Below are positions 13,190 to 63,224 of a stretch of DNA of 64,000 nt, one piece after another. The notes beneath the pieces are model-generated. The model saw only the letters and a program-made list of their open reading frames with translations, did not search any database and was not told the origin of the DNA. Position 1 is the stretch's first letter, and every line of letters begins with the position of its first letter. The DNA lies in assembly GCF_006345805.1 (NCBI RefSeq), contig NC_042997.1, positions 93,248,001-93,312,000 of the forward strand. The letters are read 5' to 3'. The translations under genes were made by a program, and so were the position numbers. The DNA is from Octopus sinensis. Its lineage: Eukaryota.

Positions 13190-13778
13190 GGCGGCGAGGT
13201 GGCAGAAACGTTAGCACGCCGGGCGAAATGCGTAGCCGTATTTCGTCTGCCGTTACGTTCAGAGTTCAAATTCCGACGAGGTCGACTTTGCCTTTCATCC
13301 TTTCGGGTTCGATTAAATAAGTACCAGTTACGTACTGGGGTCGATGTAATCGACTTAATCTCTTTGTCTGTCCTTGTTTGTCCTCTCTGTGTTTAGCCCC
13401 TAGTGAGTAGTAAAGAAATAGGTATTTCGTCTGTCGTTACGTTCTGAGTTCAAATTCCGCCGTGGTCGACTTTGCCTTTCATCCTTTCGGGATCGATTAA
13501 ATAAGTACCAGTTACGCACTGGGGTCGATATAATCGACTTAATACGTTTGTCTGTCCTTGTTTATCCCCACTGTGTGTATCCCTTTGTGGGTGGTAAAGA
13601 AATAGGTATTTCGTCTGTTGTTACGTTCTGAGTTCAAATTCCGCCAAGGTTGACTTTGCCTTTCATCCTTTCGGAGTCGATAAATTAAGTACCAGCGAAA
13701 CACTGGGGTCGATGTAATCGACTATCCCCCTCCCCCAAATCTCAGGACTTGTGCCTATAATAGAAAGGATTATTATTA
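13190..13778 (+). mobile_element. SINE family B head-to-tail trimer (184-bp period)
   Basis: GTATTTCGTCTG recurs at 13238, 13422 and 13606; only unit 1 has the ggcggcgaggtggcagaa head. Confidence 0.88.
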
Positions 13779-14005
13779 TATTTATCCTACATTATATCGG
13801 TACAGCTTGATGCAACCCCTCAAAACTAGTTCACCAGTCAGCATCATTAGACTGTGGCCGGCATAATGGAATGGAAGCTTTATTTGCATATTCAAAACGT
13901 TTCCCGTACCCGTAAACAAATATATATACATACATACATACATACATACATACATACATACATACATACATACATACATACATACATACATACATACTAC
14001 ATACA

Positions 14006-14111
<106 letters not shown>

Positions 14112-14759
14112 ATATATATATATTATATATTATATATATACTATAATTCGAAGTTACGAAAGGTAGCGAAAAGATCGCAACCGGATAAAAAAACGTCAAT
14201 AGAAAATTCCAAAATGCAAATCATTCATTTTTTTTATCACACAATTAATTATGCATTCGGTTCAGTTCTCTTCGTATTGCTTTTTCATTTGGAGGGCGTC
14301 ATGGTCTAGGTGTGGTCTCACAGTAGAAAATTTCGTATTTTTACATTGTATTTATTTGTCAGTGCTCTACTTTCCTTCTACTTGCTCCACTCCTTAGATC
14401 GACTCTTAAAACGAAAGAAAAGATATTAATACGAGTCTTACGTCAAATCATTGCTGAAACAGGATTGGACAATTGAAGTTGTTATTCATTCTTACTTCAA
14501 CTCCAGTCGCATATTAATTCAGTTATACAGATTATTTACACCTATCGGATTGTATAGACTACCTTGTCTTTGATTTACTTGTTGCTTAACCTTAGAAAAG
14601 AAAACCTGTTTGGGTGAGTACAAAGTATAAATATATACATACACTACACACATATACACCTCATACATGCACACACATACACATGCATCGACACTCACAC
14701 ACTCGCATGCATACACACGCACATATATATTTATATTACGCAAATATATTTATATATTA

Positions 14760-14807
<48 letters not shown>

Positions 14808-16530
14808 CGTGTGTGTGTTCTTAATTGCTCGGCCCTGGTTAAATAATCTTTCTCTCTCTCTCTCTCTCTCTCCTGTCAACTGGATCACCACACCTCCTTT
14901 CGTCGGATGCTCTGACTTCCGATTTTTCGAGTGGAAATCCTGTGTCTTCAAGTATTTGAGAGGCCCACTTCTTAAACGACCTTTCATGTGGTCTGGGGTT
15001 TAGTCTTAGCGGAAAGCCTTACTTTTTCTCGTTACTAAGTAGCCTTCCAGTCAAACTATTTTAGTCTCTTCTTTCTTATGACTTCGATATTAGTGTATAT
15101 CAAATGAAAAGTTTTTTCTTATGACAGTAATCCTACATCTATTGCATAATAATAACCCTAATGTGAACCGAAAACACCAATTTTCAAAAACTTCTAGTCT
15201 GGGAGTAACTTCATATGTTAAGGTCCGTGTTTCTGGGACGTAGATAGAGATGTGGAGAATAAGAGCATTTTACAGCTTGACATTTTAGTTGCGGGTTGAT
15301 ATCATACCTGTAAGTCTTCTAAACTCAGTACATGCTAGAGAGACCCGTCCTCTCCCTTCTGTACCATTTCATGCTATGCTACCGATAAACATATACGCTG
15401 TAATGTATTCCACTTCGGAACTATTCAACATGGTATATTTCCTTACTAGATGACAGGATAGTAGATAATAGAGTTATACTGTTGGCATATCTACTGTGTA
15501 TGGAGAAAGTGTTAGTGAGTACCAGACCTGTGTCCAAGATTTTCGCTTCATTCATGACGAATTCCAGGAAGATGTTGGAAAAGGACAGAACAGCGCTGGC
15601 AGCTTTGTCTCAAGGTCTCAGTATATTTCAAACCCACCCTTCAGGATCACGACACACTCCTCGTGTCATGAGCCCTAGGGTAATACTCTTCCTGAACGGT
15701 ACACCATCCGCCCCGAGGTAACTTCCCAGCTATTGCTGGAACTCGTTTACAGTTGAGTGAACTGGAGCAACGTGAAATAAAATATTTCACTCAAGAACAC
15801 AATTCACTGTTCGGGTGGGGTTTCGATTAACCGCTGGACCACGCTCCTTCACCTGTTGTTTCATAGCACCTCAATAACTTGCGCTATTGCTGACATCATT
15901 TCCATTGGGGCTTCCTCCAGATCACGTTGAACTTTGTTTTATTATTGATGAATTTGAAATACAGGGTCACTTGAGTTCCTTTTGCTTTTTCAGTTATCAT
16001 TCTGAACATAAAAGTGTAATTAAGCCAGGTGTAAAATCAAACTGACTTCTACTGCAACCCCTTCGGTTTTACTTTTCATTCTAACAAAGAAGATTCTACC
16101 AAACACTTTTCCTGGTATTAATAAGAGAGAAATAACTATTGTTTTCCGAATTTTTGCTTATCATTCTACTTGTAGAGTGGTGTTACCGGCATACGGGTTT
16201 AATCTTTTAGTATTTCGTTACCTTTTTAATTTCTTCTTTCGTTATTTCTGCATGAATATCCAGACCACGTGGGCCATACAGAAATTTTGATGTTGCTTCT
16301 GAATTATATGGAAATTCAATGTTTTCTGAAATAAATTTTCCCAATATTGAAGTATCCCAGTTATATTTGTTTGTATGTTACAATAATTATTTTAGAATGC
16401 ACTGTATGTTTTCTATTCCTCATTCTATTGACTGATTGGAAATTATTGTTCTTAATGTCAGCCTCAGGTAATTCAGTTTTGTCTTGTAGGTTTCTGTATT
16501 TTAACTTGTTTTCACTCAATTTGTTTAGTT

Positions 16531-17140
16531 TGTGACGATAAAAATTTGTTGTTATAATTGCATGTTGTAGGATGTGAAAGATGAACAATGCATGAAGTTT
16601 TAAGGAAATATTTATTTACCGTTACATTACAATACCTTGCCTCGACAGGCAGGTTATGATAAAACCAAAAGCATGCGAATGATGTTGTAAGAGAACAGAA
16701 TTAGAGCTAGTGAGAGTTGTAGGGTTGTGGAACGTTGTTTCACAGTTGCTGACTGTAACCTTCATTTCTCCCTCTGAACAAGGTTTTAGCTGGTCAGCCA
16801 GACTTCGTTCTCACTGAGTTGTCACCGAGTGACTGAACTATCTTTTTGCTTGGGGTTTATGCTTTTATAACTATCCAGAAGGAGAGACATATTGTTGAGA
16901 ACAATGGACTTCGTTGGTTGTATTATGATATCTCTATTCTAGCTTTTGGTGAAGTAGAAGAGGTTAGAAAGGGTCAAGTGGTGAAGACATTATTTAGGCC
17001 TAGATAAAGACATCTGGAAAATGTAAAACTGCTGTCAGAGAAAAATCATTGTTCCACTGTGAGAAAAGTTCTGTTGCAGTGTTAATTTAAATTTGGCTAT
17101 GGTGGATCAAATCCACTTCATACTTGCAAGATCCACTACA
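16531..17140 (-). mobile_element. Solo LTR (610 bp) with 4-bp target duplication AGTT
   Basis: AGTT-TGTGACG...CACTACA-AGTT. On the minus strand TATAAAA (16863-16869) precedes AATAAA (16611-16616). Confidence 0.65.
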
Positions 17141-17870
17141 AGTTCTATGTATTTTCGATTTTGGCGATTTTCTTTATTTACATACGCGCGCGCGTGTGTG
17201 TGTATAACTGGGCTTTAACCAACTTTTAAGCAATATCTCTCAATTTGAAATAATAACCCTCAAAATCTACATGTCTTTACCAATAAATAAATCTATTTAT
17301 TCCGATCGGATAGAATTCTGAAGTTCTTGAAATTTGCTGAATTCTTCAAAGACGCTCCAAACTGTTACTTGATTGTTTGAATGCCTGCTTTTGAAGGAGG
17401 TTTAATGTTTAAAACAAAAGTCTTAGAGAGAAATCTGGGGAGTAAATTAATGAATTCAATTTCCGACGAGTCATTTGCATGACACATGTTCAGGTATTAT
17501 CATAGAAAAGAACTGATCCATTAAGACTGACCAACGCTAGACTCATAAAACTTCACTCACCAATAACGCATCGACCAGCATTCTATTTGTTTTACTTATT
17601 TTCTGGGGGGTTTCTTTTTACCGTTTCTTTAACAGACACTGCTTTTGCGATCGATCAAACTGCATATCAATAGACTATGCTCAACTAATTTTTTCTATAT
17701 TACACTATCTCCAGTTCCTTTTTTTACACCCTGTTTTTTTTTTTTCTTAGTCGCACCGATCTACAGAAGGTCGAGCTGGACATCAACTTATCGATTTCAC
17801 CAGATTAAGAAGGCATACAAAAACCACGTGTTTTACACTATCTTCACAGAAATATATATATGTATATATA

Positions 17871-18280
17871 GGCGCAGGAGTGGTTGTGTGGTATGTAGCT
17901 TGCTTACCAACCACATGGTTCCGGCTTCAGTCCCACGGCGTAGCACCTTGGGCAAGTGTCTTGTACTTTAGCCTCGGGCCGACCAAAGCCTTGTGAGTGG
18001 ATTTGGTAGACGGAAACTGAAAGAAGCCCGTCGTATATATGTATATGTATATATATGTGTGTGTGTGTTTGTGTGTCTGTATTTGTCGCCCCACCTCAAT
18101 ATCGCTTGACAACCGATGCTGGTATGTTTAAGTCCCCGTAACTAGCGGTTCGACAAAAAGAGACCGACAGAATATGTACTAGGCTTACAAAGAATAAGTC
18201 CTGGGGTCGATTTCCTCGACTAAAGGCAGTGCTCCAGCATGGCCACAGTCAAATGACTGAAACAAGTAAAAGAGTAAAAG
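17871..18280 (+). mobile_element. SINE family A copy
   Basis: Full-length, alignable to 7744-8170. Confidence 0.85.
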
Positions 18281-19042
18281 AAAGTATATATATATATATA
18301 TATCCATAAACTGAAAACAGACAGACAGAATTCAGTGGTTACAGTCAAGCAAGCGAAATCTCCAAGTTGTTCCGAAACCGGGACCCAAAAGTTCACCGAA
18401 AAGAGTTGTTTTTTTTTAATATCATCTAGGACCATATCCCACTCATATCTGAAAATGTCATTTATTTGAAACCTGAGTTGAAAATAAGATAAAATGAGAC
18501 TTTTGTTGGGTTTATTATATTTATTTGATTAGAGACATTATCTTTCGTGCTGATGTTTAATGAATTCCGTGATTAGATAAAAAACAAAAAAACATTAGTT
18601 CTATGGTTATTGCTAAAGCAGCGTCACCTTAGTATAAACATATATATTCTCATCAACAGCTCCTTATAATGAAAAAGTGTAATACCTATAACAAAGTCAG
18701 TTCATGTGATTTATGCACAAGAATTCTTTCTAATTCTTTCTAATTTTGACATAAAACCAGCAGCTTCAAGTAGAAAGGAAAATCGCTTACAACGACTCCA
18801 GTACTTGACTGGTACATAATTTTATCGACCTCAAAAGGATGTAAGGCAAAGTGGACCTCGGTGGGAATTGAGCTCTGAACGTAAGGAACCGGAAGAAATG
18901 CTGCTTAGCATTTTGTCCACCACGCTAGCAATTCTACCAGCCATCCGTCTTGGCTATGTGCAAGAATAACAATGCAGTGTGAACGTGTTTAAATTACACA
19001 AACATACATAAATCCACTCTGATCATAAGATATCTCTTAAAG

Positions 19043-19367
19043 CTGGGTTTCTCAACATTTTTTTTTTTATCTATGGACCCTTTTGATTACTATTCTCTTT
19101 TGGTGGAACTCCATAGCTATTCGATGTTTAAAAACTAGTTTTCTAGATACTTCTTTCAAAATTTCTATTTTGTTATTCACACATTAATATGCGTAGGCTG
19201 AATTGTGTAAAGCATTAAAGAAAGAAGCCTGTCTGTCTCTTGCAATAGAGACATTTAAATCAAAACTTTATATGGACTTTTATAATACTTTTATAGATCC
19301 CAATTTTTTATTTTGCTTGCGTGGACCCCCACCCAACTCTTGTATAGACCCTGGTTGAGAACAACTG
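19043..19367. mobile_element. hAT (Charlie-like) MITE
   Basis: Imperfect TIRs CTGGGTTTCTCAAC / GTTGAGAACAACTG with TTAAA-containing flanks. Confidence 0.5.
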
Positions 19368-20699
19368 TTTTAAACACAGAAAAAAAACGCTAATATAATA
19401 TCAAAGTGAAGGGATTGTACATGAAAAGGTTAAGTCACATTGAAAAAATGTATGTCTAAGAAAGTTACTGCTCTGTTTTTGAATAAGGATTCAGTTGATA
19501 ACTTTAAAGTACTCAAATAATCTCTATTCAGTTGGCATTGCTTCATTTTTTACAACTTAACAGCCAAGAACGAGGAATGAAATGATTGGAGTATTCCTTC
19601 CGTGCTTCATCTCCTTCTTTCCTTCCTTCCTTCCCTCCTTCCTTCCCTTCTTTCTTCTTTCCTTATTTTCTTCCTTCCTTCCTATCCTTTGACTATGTGG
19701 TCGTTGGAGCATTCGTTGATGACATCACAGCCAGATTTTGCCACTTCTCTCGGTCTTCTGCTACCCTCTGTGATTCGGCGGAACTGAGATCTGTCTACTT
19801 TTTCAAGATTAACCCGACCGGGCGACAACCGATCTGATGTGTGTTCTTTTGCTAGTTGTCATCATCATGAATGTATCATGGGAAAGTTAGCTTGGCAGCG
19901 CTCACTCCTCTCCAAGCTGTTAGCCACAACCGTATAACTCTACCTGAGACACGCCTTGGTCCTAAACATTAAGCAGCTGACCTGAGCAGATTCCTTCCTC
20001 TGGAAGCCTAACCCGGAATCTTTCGCCTACTAGCGCAGTGTTAATACACCATCCCCTCACTTGTTTTAGCCCACCAGCTGAAGTAAGATACCGAAGTGTG
20101 GCACTGGGAACTATCTAATGAGAAGTTAAGAATTGAACGAGGACCAGTGATGCCCGTCTACCTGACCATCCCTGACAAATGCAGCCGCCACACCCCAAAG
20201 GCACTACCTCTATTCAGAATTCCTTACACCCCATTAGAGTATTAGCTGGTACCATTAGAGTATTATCATTCCTAAAACTATGTTAATATCGGCTGTTTGG
20301 AGTTGGTTATTAACTCCGGTAGGTATTTGCAATTAGATCACTCAAGCCAGAGATGCCTCGCTGGATGTGGATGTAGCTAGCGAGTGACATTTTCCATAAA
20401 GCTTTGATGAAGTTATGAAACAAATGGAAAAGTATTTGGAATGAAAATTGTCAGATCTAGAAATGGAAGATTAACAAGAAACTCTTCCTTGGGCATCATG
20501 ACACAATACTTGATACCATCTTACGGGAAACTACTAGCATGTGTGATTTGTTTGAAGAATACTACTTCAGGAAATCTGTATTTCGATTCATAGTGGCACT
20601 GTTGGCAGAAAATTTTGGCAGAAAATGAGCTATTACAAAAAACAACAAAAAATCGTCATTAATATCTTACTCATCTTAGAGATTTTTCAACGAAAATTC

Positions 20700-20945
20700 T
20701 ACATTTACTTGAATCGAATTTTAGAAGAAAAAACGAACTTTGAGAATTGCTGAATTTACAAAATAACAAAATTTTTTGAGATATTTTCAAATGTTTATGT
20801 TAATTTGAGAATACTGTCCACAGTTCCAGTTTCAGTAGCATCAGCAGATATTTTAGCTCAAACATATCAAAAAGATTTTTAAGTTCGACTTATAGATTTA
20901 GCGAGATTAAACATCGAATCAAGAATTGCTAGACTTTGATATGAG
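20700..20945 (+). mobile_element. hAT transposase C-terminal dimerisation-domain relic
   Basis: FSNVYVNLRILSTVPVSVASA...LARLNIESRIAR matches the hAT pattern FPN...LRI..T.PVSVAS.ERSFS.L; frameshifted. Confidence 0.6.
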
Positions 20946-22485
20946 TTAGAAATCTTTAATTAGGTAGAAATATTTGATTAAGAATTTCTTAAAGAAAAAT
21001 AACAACCAGAATATCTTATTTCATTACCTGATTATGATTATCAGTTGTATTGTTATCTGATGATTCTGACTCACAGTAATGAGGCAATTACGAAGGTTTA
21101 CTAATGGTCATATACAGACAGCTTGAGTTTAGTCATGTTCAATTATACTTTCAAAGTCACACATCAACAGCTGTTGACTTTGTCCATATTTGAGCATAAC
21201 CGTATTTTTCTACTAAGAAGAAAAAACTATGACTTAATGTCTTGTGTTATATCATTATTTTTGTAGATAGCACTTTACTGAGAGTTTAAGATATGTTTTC
21301 ACATTAAATCTTTAGAGATGACCACCACCTCTCATTTCGGTGTCTCGAAAGTAGTTTCGCTCCGAGTCGCAAAATTTTTCTGAGTCCTTCCTAAGGAATT
21401 GGCGTCAATTGCTATTCAGTGATTGTGATACAACTTCAAAAGGTGAAGTTAATTTAAATAATGTTTACTTTATACGTATTAGATAAGCCATAATTGAAAT
21501 TTTATCATGTTTTGTATATGTCTAGGTCCCTAGGCTGCAGGAGATAAGGTTAAACATTTCAACTGAGCTGTACATTTTGTCCTCATTGTCTTCGTTAGTG
21601 TGTGAGAGTCTGTGTGTGTATGTGCACATATGTATGTGTATAGTCTAATGAAAATGAACTTTATCTAGTCCACAACATACACACACATACATACACACTC
21701 GCACGTACACTCCTGAAAACTTACATTTCAGACGGCACATGTTTCCCTCGTATAAGCAATATTCATTATACGTATATATATACACACATAAATTCCCCCC
21801 CAAAAATCTGCTTTGGCCACACCTGAAAACCTATAATTCGAACACCACATGCTCTCCATTGAATAATAAAATTCTACATATCGTAATATATACACTCCCA
21901 AATATTTTAACCATACCAATCAGTTTGATATTCACACATCAATGAACATATGATTACGAACACAAACATACATACGCAGGCGAACACTCCCTAAATAATT
22001 GTACCCATTAAAATAGCCATACCAAAATCATTCGGTCTTAACACACCTTTTACAGCAGAGTCATCTTTAATAATTAATAAGGATCCAAAACAGTAATGCA
22101 TATATTCTTCTTAATTCGTGCTGGTAGATTGAAATATATTTATGGTGACCATATACATCCTTAGTTAGTTTAACAATCAAACTTAGTCACATGCATATAT
22201 CCTTTACAAACGCAATACGATGAAAATAACACATAAAAAAAATGCTCTTCTTGTGTAATAAATCTAGAATGAGTAAGCAAATAAACACCATAAAAAAAAA
22301 ATAGTCCAACAATAACCAATCAATGAATGAGGTAGAAAAATAACGACCTATCAGCGAACAGAAAATTTGTTTTACATGTATTGCGCATTTCTCTTTCGTT
22401 CGAAACAATTCAACGTTTGCGCGCACGCGCGTATGGGTATGTGTGTATGTGTGTGTGCGTGCGTGTGTGTGTGTGGATGGGTGTG

Positions 22486-22567
<82 letters not shown>

Positions 22568-22902
22568 TGTTTCTTTATTAGTTACGTATATGTATACACA
22601 CATAAATTCCCCCAAAAATCTGCTTTGGCCACACAGAGGAGACAGATTACAAAGTAGAGCTTTTCTTTTTGGGGAGAAAAAAAAGGTAGGGGTAGGTTTT
22701 CGATTAAAAGGTATCGTAAAAAAAACGATCAATAGGGATCGTGTATCACAGAAATGTCAAGGTGTAAAGTGTAAAGGGGGAAACAGATAAGGTTTATCTG
22801 TGGAAAGAAAAGCCTACGGAAAAGACCACGGTAACCTCGGTCAATAATGTCACATGTTAACACATTTATTTGCAAGTAAATAACTCTGTTTTAAATTTTT
22901 CC

Positions 22903-23331
22903 AGTAAAATCGTAAGAGCATTATACGAAATACCTTGCGGTTTTTTTCTGGCTTGTTATGTTTTGAGTTCGAAGCACAAAGGTCAACTTATTCTTTCATT
23001 AACTAGCTCACGACCTTCAGAAGTTCTGACCTTGTGCCTAAATTATAATTCATCCCACTAAGACTTTGTCTTCCATCCCTCTGATAGTCGAAAAAAAAGA
23101 TACAAGTTAGATATTGGACTCAATGTAATAGACTAACCCCATCCCTCAAAATTACTAGCCATGTGCCTAAATCAGAACCAGTTATCTCAGTTCAACTACT
23201 GAGGTCGACGTGCCCCTCATCCCTTTGGGGTAAATAAAGTCCAAGTCAAATACTGCGGACGATGGTATTGATTATTAGCCTCCCCTAAAATTGTTTGGTA
23301 GTGATGGTAAACGAAGGTGTGAAGCAGAAGC
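22903..23331 (+). repeat. Direct repeat copy 1 (about 430 bp)
   Basis: Near-identical to 25766-26197 (offset 2863 bp). Confidence 0.92.
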
Positions 23332-23662
23332 AGATAGAAAGATAGACCCAAAGTTTGTACAACTGTGTATAGATAAATATATTAGTCAATCAAATTCCAA
23401 TAGAGTCTTATTTTCACATTTTATTTTTGTATGTCTTATGATTTTGCAATTTTAGATCTAACAATAGCACAAGTAAAACAAGTACTTTTATGCTTTGAGC
23501 AATCTTCAGATTTATGTAGTAGCAGCACTAAAAGGCAGTTGTGCTTCACAAATGACAGAGGCGCGTGTGTTTGTGTGAGTGTGTGTGTGCCTGTCTGTGT
23601 CTGTGTGAATATATATGTGTGTGTATGCATGCATGTATGTATATACATATGCATATGCATAC

Positions 23663-23732
<70 letters not shown>

Positions 23733-23756
23733 ATATGTAAGTATGTATGTATGTGC

Positions 23757-23800
<44 letters not shown>

Positions 23801-24862
23801 AAATAGTCTGCCCTGTTGATAATTTTTTAACCGGTCTCTGTTGATGAAAATACCGTAGAAACCAGACTTTGATGCAATTAAACCACATATTCTTTGATAT
23901 TTTACAATAAATATATTTTATTTATAATCCTTAACCAGTGTCATTGTTTTGTTTTGTTTTCTCTTTGTGTCTATTTATGTTTTATAATAGACCAGTCTGA
24001 AAAAAAGAGAAAATTTAAATTATTTAGTTCTAATTAACTTTTAAAAACGTTTTTTTTTTTTATTATGGGTTCATGGTTACAAATTTGAGGAAGAATATTT
24101 CCTAGTGCCACCATTGACCCCGGTGACAGATAATTATTTTATTGACACCAAAAGTATGATAGAAAACTACATTCTGTACTGAATAAGAGCCCAAAAATTT
24201 TGCAAGTTATCTTATCCGATGCTGTACCGACTCTGCTTCCTATCAAGCTTAGTAACCCATGAAATAATAAAAACAAATCTTAAAATCCTTCCAATAACAA
24301 CAAAAAAATTAACGATGAATTAAAATTAATTCTTGAATTTACAAGTAACTCTTAAAATATTAATCTATAATCTGAATTCTTTGAATGATTAATTTAAAAT
24401 GGAGAAATTCCACATTTTATAAAGTTTCTTATTCCTACTTTCGTGCCTAAATAGATTTTCATTAAGTTGTTTCTGTGAGTTATCGATTTCGATTATGTCT
24501 TCGATTCCGTGCTTCGGTTATGGGTGTAACACACGAACACACGCATGCCAAGACCACCAGAATAATATCACATTATAGACGTGATTCTGCTTATCACCAA
24601 ATGAGTTCAAGTGTTGAATAACCTTAGCTATGAAATGACAACGAATGCATAATTAGAAATCGTTTACGTTACGAAATAATGTTAATGAAGATTTATTTAT
24701 AAATTCATGAATGAAAAGAGAAATAGCATTTGTAAAACATGTAATTTCCAGGAGTCTTGTGAGTATGAGTGAACCAATGAAGTTTGATTTCAGGTATAAT
24801 GCAGAATTTTTAATGATCCATCTGTACTGAAGCCCAGACTATATCATTATCCCACATGCCTT

Positions 24863-24938
24863 GTCCCTGTAACGCAGTGGATAGCGCGCTGGACCTCTTC
24901 TAATCCAGAGGTCATGAGTTCGAATCCCACCGGGAATG
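24863..24938 (+). pseudogene. tRNA-Arg(TCT)-derived sequence (pseudogene or head of a mini-SINE)
   Basis: GTCCCTGTAACGCAGTGGATAGCGCGCTGGA-CCTCTTCTAA-TCCAGAGGTCATGAGTTCGAATCCCACCGGGAATG. Cloverleaf recognisable with perfect anticodon stem CTGGA/TCCAG, but the loop is 10 nt and the acceptor, D and T stems have mismatches. Confidence 0.75.
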
Positions 24939-25498
24939 ATTAGATCTTAACATTTTTTAGCCCCTTGTGGGCAATAAAGAAATATATATCATTATCTCAC
25001 TTTACAAAAAAAAAAATGAAAAGAACCTTGTACCTAGCGGAAAGAAATCCTTGCCTGCATTGTTTTGGTGTCAAAACCGTCATTATTAGCCTCATTTAAG
25101 AAGTAACAGGTATGCTAGAGTCCAGAGTTCTTTCGTTTAGATCATCATTCAATCCATATCATGTAATGATGTCTGATTTTTGTTGAAGTTGTCTGGATGC
25201 ACGAGTGCATTCGGCAAATTATATAGCATACTTTCTTCATTGCTGACATCCGTACTACAGGTGTTGTGTATATAGTGTGTGATTCTTGGGTTCATCCTCA
25301 TTGTGTTTTATTGCTATCAATCTTGCTATCATTGTTACCATCATCACCACAATCATCACCATTATCATCAACAACATGATCAGCAACAACAATAACTTTC
25401 TCTGCGTAATTGTTGTCGTTACGGATAGTGACCTGTATTTTTATTCTTTTATATTCCAGATTTGTGGAGAGTAGAAACAGTTTCTCTATGTGCACGGT

Positions 25499-61961
<36,463 letters not shown>

Positions 61962-62044
61962 GTAAGTTATCTAAACCATTAAAACTTTTTGTAATTTACC
62001 TATATATATTTGTATATGTGAGCTTGTATGTATATATATATATA

Positions 62045-62919
62045 CAGGGTGTCCCAAAATGTATTCACAGTTTAAATAACAATTAATTCAAAGTTTATTG
62101 ACTTAGAAACAAGATTAATGGTTCAAATTTACAAATACATGGTCAAAAGGTGCACTCAGTTTAGATAAGCATCCCCAGTGACAATTTGGACAAGAAAAAA
62201 TGGCCCGAGTATATCCAATACTGATAGCCCACACCACACTGTAACACCTGGTAAGTTCAAATGGTGTTCCATAGTAACATGCACATTTTCAGGAGCCCAG
62301 TAGTTGTAATTATGTTGGTTAATAGAGTCATGTAACTTAAAACTGGCTTCATCAGTCCAAACAATTTTGGATGTAAATGCTGCATCTTCTTTGCATTTGC
62401 CCAGGTACCACTCACAAAATTCAACTCTTTGGTCAGGATCATCTTCATTTAGAGTGTTGATTAATATTGGAGTGTAACATTTCCAACTAACTTGCTTTAA
62501 AATGCAATGGGCACTTGATTTCGGGATTCCCATCTCACAAGCCATTTGTTGGACAGATTTCTGTGGGGATTGCCAGAGGGTTTCCAGCAATTGTTCTTCC
62601 TTTGTGAGGCCGGTTGATAACCATGGTCTTCCTGAAAGCTCCTTATGGACATTATGTATAGTTCCATCTGATTCAAACTTATCTAATATTTGAGCAATGG
62701 TGCATTGTATTGGCGGATCTTTGTGAAACTGTCCTCTAAATTGTCTTTGCACTTCCATGATATTTTCATGCTTCCAATAGCACTTTATGATAATTTTTCT
62801 TTCTTCAAAACTTAGTCATACTTCTGCTATTATTAGGGCCAAATTGATCTGAAAAGAATTGAAAAGTTCAGTGAGTTATGGGGAGTCGAAATATGAGTAC
62901 ATATTTGGGGGACACCCTG
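62045..62919 (-). mobile_element. Tc1/mariner-superfamily transposon, internally deleted, with TIRs and TA target duplication
   Basis: TA-CAGGGTGTCCC...GGGACACCCTG-TA. ORF 62156-62758 has an HTH region, IVWTDEASFKL (first catalytic D) and VTVWCG..GPFF. The rest of the catalytic domain is missing and the N-terminus is disrupted. Confidence 0.9.
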
Positions 62920-63189
62920 TATATATGGCACTCTGTCAGTTAAAGCAATGAGGGTTCCAGTTGATCCAATCATTGGAACAGCCTGCTTGTGAAATTAATA
63001 TGCAAGTGACTGAACAATTAACAGACATGAGCACCCTTAATGTAGTTCTCTGGGATATTCAGCATGACACAGAATGTGACCAGGCTGGTCCTTTGATTTA
63101 CAGGTACAACACATTTTTGCTAGTTAAGTGAACTGGAGCAACATGAAACAAGGCTGATCACTCTAATCATTAAGCAATATGGCTTCACT

Positions 63190-63224
<35 letters not shown>

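Noticed and set aside
13190-13778. CRISPR-like periodic array
   Set aside because: Whole units are homologous SINE copies with no unique spacers; eukaryotic DNA with no cas genes.
19870-20170. Possible RTE fragment (NVSW...LWKP)
   Set aside because: Several stops and frameshifts; too decayed to call.
21769-22633. About 55-bp direct repeat (21769-21822 vs 22582-22633)
   Set aside because: Real but short; most likely the end of a dispersed repeat, with no further structure seen.
24863-24938. Functional tRNA-Arg gene
   Set aside because: 10-nt anticodon loop, mismatched stems, SINE tail and flanking duplication indicate a retroposed derivative.
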